A DNA stretch of 32,000 nt from Dapis sp. BLCC M126 (lineage in GTDB: Bacteria; Cyanobacteriota; Cyanobacteriia; Cyanobacteriales; Microcoleaceae): assembly GCF_050015975.1 (NCBI RefSeq), contig NZ_JBNHER010000004.1, positions 71,290 to 103,289 on the forward strand, given 5' to 3'. The position numbers and the translations under genes are program-made. Below are positions 16,601-23,478 of the stretch, piece after piece; position 1 is the stretch's first letter; each line of letters starts with the position of its first letter. The notes beneath the pieces were generated by a model, which was given only the letters and a program-made list of their open reading frames with translations, ran no database searches and was not told the origin of the DNA.

Positions 16601-16991
16601 CCTGGTAGCAAGGCTTAAGGATGAGAATTCTGATGTGCGTGGGATGGCAGCAATTGCTTTGGGAAATTTGAACAATAGCTCAGAAACTGTAATCAACTCT
16701 CTACTGGTAACGCTTCAGGATGAAGATTCTTACGTCTGTGTGAATGCAGCAATTGCTTTGGGAAATTTGAACAATAGCTCAGAAACTGTAATCAACTCTC
16801 TACTGGTAAGGTTTCAGGATAAGGATTATGATGTCCCTTGGAGGGCAGCCGAAACTTTAGGCAAACTAGGCAAAAAATCCAACAATATCCTCCCCACTAT
16901 TGTTCAATGGATTCAACAACATCAAGATTCAGAATATGTCGGCAGAGGTATTGATGTGCTGTGGTATTTAGTTGTAGGTGAGGAAAGTTAA
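13677..16991 (+). CDS. STAND NTPase: helical N-terminal region - NACHT - helical/WH region - 10x HEAT (PBS-lyase type) repeats
   Basis: 1104-aa ORF. Walker A ILGAPGSGKTTL, Walker B LILLDGLDEV, SRP and NPLLL motifs typical of NACHT. C-terminal 33-aa repeats LLxxLQDENxDVRxxAAxALGNLxNSSETVINS. Confidence 0.9.
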   Translation: MESFFLGWELPKIAAPLLGSVLKQGGDRLFQSLNKTDIEKAIESGEKAVKEWEKILHPQKLLFYSAKPDGWNGFNKFLREYFHNSGVLQELQKPLINQGKPDIDFLISIFQQEAEAKNIQLNSEGIQPWIETFVNAYFQQTDTYIKFQVAKQNYFEQLANWFDDVKFAGISVPGQEVEKSEKLANIFVMPDVLEDASTGGGFERDLLLAGSGEKLERELLVNTTSRKFLASELLTQSRAQKFVILGAPGSGKTTLMSYFAVMLAQKQSQFLGLDTETDWLPILIRISDLARHPDKSILEYARIFAEKTMAVKTLPTGFFKHWLEDGRALILLDGLDEVAESSKRYDVVKRINNFLGKPFDTNRAIITSRPAGYQRDFFRTEEFAHYQMQRFDDQKISAFINNWYDSRFKDKAEAERRKETLQKALDDNDRIKLLARNPLLLTIIALIHRYQAVLPKERFRLYDKAVETLLTSWDANKELSSDGRLKYLGLDDLRRLMELLAYWVHTQGNIGDEGGTLIEKDELIRQLRREIKRLKQVELYQAEEEAERFVDLIRERTGLLNEQGQDYYAFVHKTFQEYLCAEDIDYQADNEDDFEIVLGCIREHLHESHWEEVLLLLIAQQKPKKVAKAMRGILERGSEYEEWLHRDLLFAGSCLTEDPKGLRSVDGGLVREVLERLVELEVSSEDKVGKNVREQVKQIFCSLYETDFEAQVLEMLKERADLIDEERLLEYRGELGEKDEVTRELLALLQDENYDVRRRAALALGNLKNSSETVINSLLPLLEDRHSDVCDSAAFALSNLRNSSEIATNSLLAQLQDENYDVRWMAASALENLQNSSETVINSLLPLLQDRHSDVRWIAANTLGRLGNSSETVIKSLLPLLQDENSDVRRSAAEALGTLGNSSEIVINSLLVRLQDENYFVRGWAAIGLGKLNNSPGTLINCLLALFQDENSFVRGSAAIALGNLNNSSENVIKSLVARLKDENSDVRGMAAIALGNLNNSSETVINSLLVTLQDEDSYVCVNAAIALGNLNNSSETVINSLLVRFQDKDYDVPWRAAETLGKLGKKSNNILPTIVQWIQQHQDSEYVGRGIDVLWYLVVGEES
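15909..16898 (+). repeat. Ten tandem 99-nt (33-aa) HEAT coding repeats
   Basis: CTTCAGGATGAGAAT-type unit starts recur every 99 nt (15921 vs 16020, and so on). AATAGCTCAGAAAC(T/C)GTAATCAACTC is repeated nearly verbatim. Confidence 0.9.
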
Positions 16992-17208
16992 AACTATGAG
17001 GCAGTCTGTCAAAATTAAATAATTAGGGAGTGGGAGCAGGATGCTACCCTTATCAGTCAAACATTCATTGGTTGTTTTAAAAATCAACTGTTGCGCAACA
17101 GTTGCCCTAAGAATCAACATACTTCTTTTAGAAATTTCTTTGCCGAGGTGATGGGTGGTGCAATTTTTCTTCTATGCTATAAAAAGTACCTAAAATTTAA
17201 AACTACTC

Positions 17209-18177
17209 ATGGCATACGATCGCGAAAAACAAATAGCAATAGAATCTGCCCTAGCAGCAGCTAAACTCTGTGAACAAGTGCGCGGGAATATACCCCCCGC
17301 AATGGAAAAGGGCGACAAAAGCCCTGTAACTATTGCTGACTATGGCGCTCAGGCATTAATTTGTAAAGTTTTGGCTGAGGCTTTTCCGGATGATCCAGTG
17401 GTGGGAGAAGAAGATGCAACCGATTTACAGACTCCGGAAATGGCGGAAAATTTGACAAAAGTGACAAATTATGTAAAGGAACAAATCACAGATGCTACCC
17501 CAGAACAGGTGGTACAGTGGATTAACCAAGGTAACGGTAAAGTTGGACCTCGTTATTGGACTTTAGACCCCATTGATGGCACAAAAGGGTTCTTACGTCA
17601 AGACCAATATGCTGTGGCGTTAGCATTAGTGGAAGGAGGAGAAGTTAAGGTTGGGGTGTTAGCTTGCCCGGCAATGCCAGTAGAAAATAACAAACCAGGA
17701 ATGCTGTATGTAGCGGTGCGGGGTGAAGGGGCAGCAATGATGCCAATAGCAGGAGGTGAACTGACTCCTATTAAGGTTGTGCAGGCGGATGATACTGCTA
17801 ATCTCCGGTTTGTGGAGAGTGTGGAAAGTTCCCACGGCGACCAAGATCGTCAGAATGCTGTAGCAAAGGCAGCAGGTATTACTGAACCATCAGTTAGGGT
17901 AGACTCCCAAGCTAAATATGGTATTGTGGCATCTGGAAAAGCTGCTTTATATTTGCGTTTGCCCTCACCGAAGTCTCCAAACTACCGGGAAAATATTTGG
18001 GATCATGCTGCTGGAGCGATCGTTGTTGAGGAAGCAGGGGGGCGCGTTACTGATATTAATGGTAAACCGTTAAATTTTGCTGATGGCTCAAAGATGGTTG
18101 ATAACCGGGGTGTGGTTGTGAGTAATGGGATAATTCACGACCAGGTTTTATCTGCTTTACAGAGCTTTTCATCGTAA
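17209..18177 (+). CDS. 3'(2'),5'-bisphosphate nucleotidase (HAL2/SAL1/CysQ family)
   Basis: 322-aa ORF with GEED, WTLDPIDGTKGF and WDHAAG motifs of the Li-sensitive phosphatase family. Confidence 0.85.
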   Translation: MAYDREKQIAIESALAAAKLCEQVRGNIPPAMEKGDKSPVTIADYGAQALICKVLAEAFPDDPVVGEEDATDLQTPEMAENLTKVTNYVKEQITDATPEQVVQWINQGNGKVGPRYWTLDPIDGTKGFLRQDQYAVALALVEGGEVKVGVLACPAMPVENNKPGMLYVAVRGEGAAMMPIAGGELTPIKVVQADDTANLRFVESVESSHGDQDRQNAVAKAAGITEPSVRVDSQAKYGIVASGKAALYLRLPSPKSPNYRENIWDHAAGAIVVEEAGGRVTDINGKPLNFADGSKMVDNRGVVVSNGIIHDQVLSALQSFSS

Positions 18178-18495
18178 AATTTCGGTAAGCAGGAAAAGTG
18201 CCAGTTTTAACGGCTGGATGGAAGCGACTCGAAGGATTTTAATCCCTTCGTCAAGTCAAAAAAATCTGTTATTATTAACCAACAACTTTAAAAGTAGCCT
18301 CAATGGTCTTTTGGCCGGAGAGAGTAGTGGCAATTGACACCGCCTAGTGGACTGCTGCTGTATACGTACCACGGTACGGTACTGGCAATGTGGTTGTTTC
18401 GAGCAATGTGAAAATCGTAGTTTTAACCCGATTTACAGCTCCTCTGAAGAATCCACGCGACTTTAGTCCGTGGAGTGTCAAAATTAGGTGTTATC

Positions 18496-18570
18496 AGAAA
18501 CCGGGTTTGTTGGAGATTAATGTTATTATGGCCGGGAATTTAATACAAACCCGGTTTCTCTGCTTTTTGT
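18496..18570 (+). terminator. Long-stem intrinsic terminator candidate
   Basis: AGAAACCGGGTTTGT (18496-18510) and ACAAACCCGGTTTCT (18545-18559) form a perfect 15-bp stem around a 34-nt loop, followed by CTGCTTTTTGT. Confidence 0.55.
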
Positions 18571-18600
18571 ACACCGAATACTACCAGATTTGATATTAAC

Positions 18601-18691
18601 AGGACTTACGCATGAGGTACGAAAAACTAGGGTTTGAGATTGCTTCCCTGTCGGTCGCAATGACGAAAATACCTTGTATTGCCTAAGTCCT
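18601..18691. repeat. Small IR-bounded element (AGGACTTACGCA ... TGCCTAAGTCCT) containing a GAGATTGC...CGCAATGAC core
   Basis: 12-nt termini are inverted repeats with 1 mismatch. The inner 29-nt GAGATTGCTTCCCTGTCGGTCGCAATGAC (18636-18664) shares its termini with the element at 6666-6780. Confidence 0.5.
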
Positions 18692-18699
18692 AATTAATT

Positions 18700-19269
18700 C
18701 TAAATTCCAAAAGTGACATCTTCATATAAACTATCTATGCTAGTACGAAAGTCGATGCTTGTTAGGTGAATTTCACTACCTTGAGTGTAGGTGTGCAATA
18801 CCCAAAGTCCCTCAGCATTGCGACAGAAGCATTCCAAACGTTGGCGTTTTTGGTTAATTAAAACGTATTCTTGCAAGGTTGGTAATTGCTGATAGTTAGC
18901 AAATTTATCACCCCGATCAAATGCTTCTGTGCTTTCGGATAAAACTTCCACAATTAAACAAGGATATTTTTTATGATTTACTAAGGCTTTATCTCTGGCA
19001 TCACAAGTTACCATAACATCGGGATAGTAGAATGTATTGGCAGTTTCTATATGAGCTTTCATGTCCGACATATAGACACGACAACCAGTGCCTCGGATAT
19101 AATTTCTTAACAGTGCAAATAGGTTTCCGGCAATAGTGACATGAGTATCACTAGCACCTGCTATTGCGTATACTTGTCCGTTAATGTATTCGTGTTTGAT
19201 GGGACTGAGTTCTTCTTCTGCTAAATATTCTTCAGGAGAAATGCCGTTTGTATTTGGGTTGGCAATCAT
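18700..19269 (-). CDS. Uma2-family (DUF820) PD-(D/E)xK endonuclease-like protein
   Basis: 189-aa ORF. SPEEYL...HEYINGQ, YYPDVMV, and LIVEVLSESTEAFDRGDKFANYQQLPTLQEYVLI are typical of Uma2. Confidence 0.8.
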   Translation of the reverse strand: MIANPNTNGISPEEYLAEEELSPIKHEYINGQVYAIAGASDTHVTIAGNLFALLRNYIRGTGCRVYMSDMKAHIETANTFYYPDVMVTCDARDKALVNHKKYPCLIVEVLSESTEAFDRGDKFANYQQLPTLQEYVLINQKRQRLECFCRNAEGLWVLHTYTQGSEIHLTSIDFRTSIDSLYEDVTFGI

Positions 19270-19339
19270 ACGTTTTATCTGCTTTACAGGAATAGATATT
19301 TAGATCGGGGTATTTTTGAAAAGTACGGATTTTGATTGA

Positions 19340-19413
19340 GATCTCCCCTAGCCCCCCTTGAAAAGGTGGGATACAGCAGAAAGTACCCCTTATTAAGGGG
19401 GATTTAGGGGGAT
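19340..19413. repeat. Dispersed cyanobacterial G5/C5 palindromic element
   Basis: GATCTCCCCTAGCCCCCCTT ... AAGGGGGATTTAGGGGGATC are imperfect inverted termini around CCCCTTATTAAGGGG. Confidence 0.5.
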
Positions 19414-19538
19414 CAATGACTTATCAAACAACCTCTCAGTTTCCATGCTGTTAAATTTAGTAGTATTGGTATAATTCATTTTAGGTGTTTGGTCATCAAA
19501 CCCCTACCAAGTGTTGACTCTTTATTTTGTTAAAAAGT

Positions 19539-19823
19539 TCAGGTACCCTTTACCTCTACCACGACTTTTCCATCTACCTTAACTGTAAACTGGCTTTCTC
19601 GAAAACCTGGAAGGATGGCGGGGCGTAGCTTCACAATTTCTATTTCATGTCCATCAATGTTATGTTGCCATGTCCTCTCACGAGAGGAAGAGAATTGGGA
19701 GGTCAGACTAAGTGGATTCTGAAGCTTAAGAGTTTCATCTCCTACACGGAGATCAGCAGCTCCTGTTATATTGTTCCATCGAAACTCAGCTGGTGTCCCA
19801 TTGACTTCAAACTGAATATTCAT
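19539..19823 (-). CDS. Hypothetical 94-aa protein
   Basis: The track ORF is 19539..19919. I prefer ATG 19823 (MNIQFEVNG...) because AAGGAGG lies ~7 nt upstream on the minus strand. No family is recognised. Confidence 0.55.
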   Translation of the reverse strand: MNIQFEVNGTPAEFRWNNITGAADLRVGDETLKLQNPLSLTSQFSSSRERTWQHNIDGHEIEIVKLRPAILPGFRESQFTVKVDGKVVVEVKGT

Positions 19824-19939
19824 ATGCACTCCTCCTTGGGTTTGATCAGCATTTTTATGAGAGCTTGACTTAAAAGGATGCAATGATCCTTTTGTATGGT
19901 AAAAGAGATTAATAGACAAAAAACATAAAGATGTCAGAA

Positions 19940-20296
19940 TTACTTGTTAAAATCACCCTCAAACTCATCCAAGCTGGAAAGGAAAAGTGTTGATGAGTGG
20001 GCTATTGTTGGTCCTCCACCAAATGCAACACCGACCATTGCTGCCTCCAGAATCTCGTCACGAGTTGCAGCAGCTTCTAGTGCTTTGTAAGTATGAAATA
20101 CAATACAATATTCACAACGGTTGTAAACAGAAATACCAACACTCAAAATTTCTTTGTCTTTGGTGGAAAGGGCTCCTGGCTTGTAAGTAGCACCGAGCAG
20201 TCTCATGAATGATTGAGTAGCCTCCTTATTAGACTTTCCCAAACTTTTTAGACCTTCCATAAACTGATTAAGGATTTTTCGCGGTTCATAAGACAT
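19940..20296 (-). CDS. Carboxymuconolactone decarboxylase / AhpD-like family protein
   Basis: 118-aa ORF with the CxxC-type motif CEYCIVFH in an AhpD-like helical core. Confidence 0.75.
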   Translation of the reverse strand: MSYEPRKILNQFMEGLKSLGKSNKEATQSFMRLLGATYKPGALSTKDKEILSVGISVYNRCEYCIVFHTYKALEAAATRDEILEAAMVGVAFGGGPTIAHSSTLFLSSLDEFEGDFNK

Positions 20297-20351
20297 TCAT
20301 GTAATCTCCTTTTTTTGCCAATGTATTCATAATTGGAGTAAACTCGTCGGA

Positions 20352-21023
20352 CTAGCCCGCATAACAGTATGTACAACCTGCTTCTTGGGCGCGATTTACG
20401 GCATATACACCTGATGGGGCAATGTCAATGCCTTGGAACAGACCGTTCCTGAAATCCTTCTCTGCTTGCTCTTTTGGGAGTCCAACTTGATCTGCAGCCA
20501 TTCCACTTACGACCTTAAGTGCCAGATTGCAGATGACCATGATCACGCCACGTTCAGCGATCATTTTCTCGTAGGTAAGTCCGGGGCGTAAAGGGATATT
20601 GTTATAGAAAATATTTCGTGTTGCGGGTGCGTTAGTTTTCGGGTCTGTCACTCCAATTGCCTCACCAATCTTGTATTTTGCCCACATTGCATCGTTAACC
20701 GCAAGTGGCATGGCGAAATGACGCATCACGACAACTGCGCTAAAGTCTTTATCAGTGAGATTTTCAAATTCTTCAGCTGTATCAAGGTAATTCAGCGCAA
20801 AGGCGGCACCCCAACCCTTACTTGGATTCACCGCATCGAACACCTGCTTATGTTTACCATTAATTTTAGCGACCCACTGGTCACCGACAACTAATGAAGA
20901 AGAAACTGGGGAAGTATTTTGAGCGCGTCCACTGAATTGGCAGCCAGCGACGACAGTTGCACTCCCGAGAGCGACACTACCGAGGAAGGCACGACGCCCC
21001 TTAATATAGGAACTAAGTTTCAT
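20352..21023 (-). CDS. Tat-signal (possibly lipoprotein) DsrE/COG1416-like protein
   Basis: RRAFLG twin-arginine motif, h-region and VAGC. The C-terminal pattern ICNLALK...APSGVYAVNRAQEAGCTYCYAG resembles DsrE-like sulfur-relay folds. ATG 21023 is preferred over GTG 21041 because GAGGAG lies 10 nt upstream. Confidence 0.6.
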   Translation of the reverse strand: MKLSSYIKGRRAFLGSVALGSATVVAGCQFSGRAQNTSPVSSSLVVGDQWVAKINGKHKQVFDAVNPSKGWGAAFALNYLDTAEEFENLTDKDFSAVVVMRHFAMPLAVNDAMWAKYKIGEAIGVTDPKTNAPATRNIFYNNIPLRPGLTYEKMIAERGVIMVICNLALKVVSGMAADQVGLPKEQAEKDFRNGLFQGIDIAPSGVYAVNRAQEAGCTYCYAG

Positions 21024-21234
21024 GATGTAGATTCTCCTCACAAGTTATTATGTTGAACGTTTCCGTCTGGCTACAGAGCATACCATAATTCTGGCTCGTT
21101 GTTCACAAAAATTCTTGCTTTAGGAATGAAAATTCAATAAGCTCCAAAAATGGACACAGTAATGATAGACTAATTGTTATACAATTCTAACTTCTGAATT
21201 ATAAATTCTAAATTCTCAATTCTAAATTCTCAAT

Positions 21235-22404
21235 TCATTTAACAATCATTTTCTCAACTGCTTCTGCTGTCGCTGGAGCTAACAACACTCCATTCCGATA
21301 ATGACCTGTTGCCAACAAGACATTTTTAAACCCTTCTAAATAACCAACTGCAGGAGCTGCTTGACCTTCTGGGCGAGGTCGCAAACCAGACCATTTCCTG
21401 AGAATGGTTGCATCTGCTAAACCCGGACAAAAACTAATTACTCTCGCCATCACCGTATCTAATAAACTGGAGTCAGCTACCACCTCACCGATATCGTTGG
21501 GAAATTCTACCGTTGATCCGACCCAATATTCATTTTCAGCCACTGGTACAATATTCACGTCATCTCCAGTTATCACTGGCTGAAAATCTGGGTTTCCTAA
21601 AGGCGCTGCTACTTGCAAATGTAATGCTTGACCCAATACGGGTACTATGGTAAACCTATTATCAAGATTTGATTTGCGCTTCAGTTGCAGGGAGCGTAGT
21701 TTACCTCCTTTTATTCCTTGCAAACATGGCAATGAACCTAACCCCGCAGCAACTACTAACCAGTCTACATCTGGTAAAGCAGGAGCTTTTTTTGTCTCAT
21801 CCAAACTTTTTATATGTACTTGGCGACAACGATGTTCATTTTTGGGTTGAGAAATAGTTTCATATTCGGCAACTGTGACTCCAAAATGAAACTTGACACC
21901 ATTTTGTTGAGCAGCTTCGACTAAAGCTAAAGTTAACTCAATAGGGTTAACTTGTAAATCTTGGGGAGAATAAATAGCTGCTGTTACCTCGGATGTTTGG
22001 AGTTGGGGGCAGCGATCCCTCAGTCGTTCCACATCCCACATTTCTAATGGCAAACCATCTGCTTCCCGAATATCTATTAATCTTTGCCATTTATCCAGAT
22101 CGTCTCCAGGCACACACAACTGTAAAATACCTTGACGGTTATGGGAAATAGGGCGATTAATTTTTGCTTCCAACTCAGGAATTAAATTGTGATAAGTTTG
22201 CACACTCATGCGCCTCATTTTCCAAGGTCTGCCTTTAGCTTTTTGACTAATGACTCCCATTAAAACTCCCAAAGCAGCACCCGTAGATGCTTGAGCTGGC
22301 ATTTGTTTATCTAATACTGTAATTTTTAAACCTTCTATTTTGCTGAGTTGATAAGCGATCGCCGCTCCAACTATTCCACATCCAATAATTACTATATGAC
22401 TCAT
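21235..22404 (-). CDS. FAD-dependent oxidoreductase (DAO / glycine-oxidase-like family)
   Basis: 389-aa ORF. N-terminal dinucleotide fold VIIGCGIVGAAIA and C-terminal GHYRNGVLLAP, typical of the DAO family. Confidence 0.75.
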   Translation of the reverse strand: MSHIVIIGCGIVGAAIAYQLSKIEGLKITVLDKQMPAQASTGAALGVLMGVISQKAKGRPWKMRRMSVQTYHNLIPELEAKINRPISHNRQGILQLCVPGDDLDKWQRLIDIREADGLPLEMWDVERLRDRCPQLQTSEVTAAIYSPQDLQVNPIELTLALVEAAQQNGVKFHFGVTVAEYETISQPKNEHRCRQVHIKSLDETKKAPALPDVDWLVVAAGLGSLPCLQGIKGGKLRSLQLKRKSNLDNRFTIVPVLGQALHLQVAAPLGNPDFQPVITGDDVNIVPVAENEYWVGSTVEFPNDIGEVVADSSLLDTVMARVISFCPGLADATILRKWSGLRPRPEGQAAPAVGYLEGFKNVLLATGHYRNGVLLAPATAEAVEKMIVK

Positions 22405-22429
22405 TTTTAATAGGGAGTAGGTATCGTTT

Positions 22430-22500
22430 CAGTTATCAGTTATCAGTTATCAGTTATTAGTTATTAGTACCTCTACCTAAAGTATGGGGATTGAAATACA
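22430..22500 (-). repeat. Leader module GTATTTCAA..GAGGTACT + (AATAACT/GATAACT)n upstream of the FAD oxidoreductase gene
   Basis: Minus-strand reading: CTGTATTTCAATCCCCATACTTTAGGTAGAGGTACTAATAACTAATAACTGATAACTGATAACTGATAACTGA. Confidence 0.7.
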
Positions 22501-22691
22501 GAATCTTCTTTTTTTTATCCTCTTAAAAGAGGAGGCGTAACTACCCAAATTTTTCGGTTAAAAAAACTGTAGGGGTTTGGTTTCCAAATCCCATTTTTGC
22601 TTAGGTTGAGAGACCAAACCCCTACGGTAAAATGTTACAACATAAGTGTGGGTTGCTATAGTTTTGACTTGAGCTGAATGCTAAAAGCTAT

Positions 22692-23135
22692 TTAACTATT
22701 TTTTGGCACTAAACCTAAGAAAGTGTCAAAATCAGCTACTGCTTCTTTGTACTCACTCAGAGCTTGTTTTTTGTTCCCTTCTGCTGCTGCTACATCAATG
22801 TCCTCTAAGTCTTCAAATACTTTTTTTGCTGCATCCAGCACAGGTGTTTTATCTTTTGGCAATAATAGACTTTGGGTCAGATAATTAGTCTTACTCCGCA
22901 AATCTCCCAATGGCCCGTGAATAAATGTATCTACATTTATCCATTCTTCCTTTTTAATTAGGCTTTCTAGTTCACTCATGCGATCGCGCAAAGCAACTAT
23001 TCTGGCCGTATATTGTTCAATTTTCTCTAATTGAGCATCTGAGTAAGTTGGCGGTGGAGTCGGAGAACTACAACTTGCCAAAAATGCTACTAATAGCGCC
23101 ATTATCCATGCTACTATCGACCGTTTGTTTAACAT
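22692..23135 (-). CDS. psbQ: Photosystem II extrinsic lipoprotein CyanoQ
   Basis: 147-aa ORF. Lipobox LASC. IHGPLGDLR...LLPKDK...DAAA...EYKEA(V)ADFDTFL resembles Synechocystis CyanoQ as I recall it. Confidence 0.7.
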   Translation of the reverse strand: MLNKRSIVAWIMALLVAFLASCSSPTPPPTYSDAQLEKIEQYTARIVALRDRMSELESLIKKEEWINVDTFIHGPLGDLRSKTNYLTQSLLLPKDKTPVLDAAKKVFEDLEDIDVAAAEGNKKQALSEYKEAVADFDTFLGLVPKNS

Positions 23136-23436
23136 AATCCCCTTTTAATTTGCCAAAGCTAATTTTAGTATTCTATTCTTAGATTTAAAATGGAAATGAC
23201 CATTTTGGCAATAGTGAAGTATATTTATACGACTGTGGATTTAGGGTACAGACATTGGTCAATTTTGTTAGCTAAACATTTAGCCAGGAAAAACTTATAC
23301 CGTTTTACTAAATTGAGAATGCTAGATTTGATAGGCTAAAAACTCTCACTAAACAACAGTTTCAGGCAATTATTTTACATTTATAGTTGGACATTATTTG
23401 TGACATCCTTAAAGTGAATTGGTATTAGTCATATAT

Positions 23437-23478
23437 GACTTTTGACTTTTGACTTTTGACTTGCGCGTAGCGCTATAC
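23437..23478. repeat. (TGACTTT)n heptamers fused to GCGCGTAGCGCTATAC
   Basis: Read directly. The same composite, (GACTTCT)n + GCGCATAGCGCTATAC, occurs at 27587-27635 just before the tRNA. Confidence 0.8.

Noticed and set aside
15909-16898. Diversity-generating retroelement as the source of the focused variability in the HEAT, WD40 and TPR arrays
   Set aside because: There is no reverse transcriptase gene, no template/variable repeat pair with adenine-specific differences, and no IMH-like element in the window. Repeat recombination is the simpler explanation.
18360-18392. GTATACGTACCACGGTACGGTAC resembling group II intron domain V (…CACGUACGGUUC)
   Set aside because: Only a short word matches. 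There is no 34-nt D5 helix with AGC triad and GNRA loop, no D6, and no intron-encoded RT.
18390-18593. 67-aa ORF in the nucleotidase/Uma2 spacer
   Set aside because: It has no RBS and an odd composition, and it spans the long terminator hairpin. It is better explained as non-coding structured DNA or RNA.
22468-22500. GTACCTCTACCTAAAGTATGGGGATTGAAATAC looks like a cyanobacterial CRISPR repeat (GGGATTGAAA(C) 3' end); a related copy lies at 13580-13613
   Set aside because: Both are single copies with no spacer-repeat periodicity and no cas genes. They are adjacent to 7-nt tandem repeats instead. At most an orphan or degenerate repeat, not an array.
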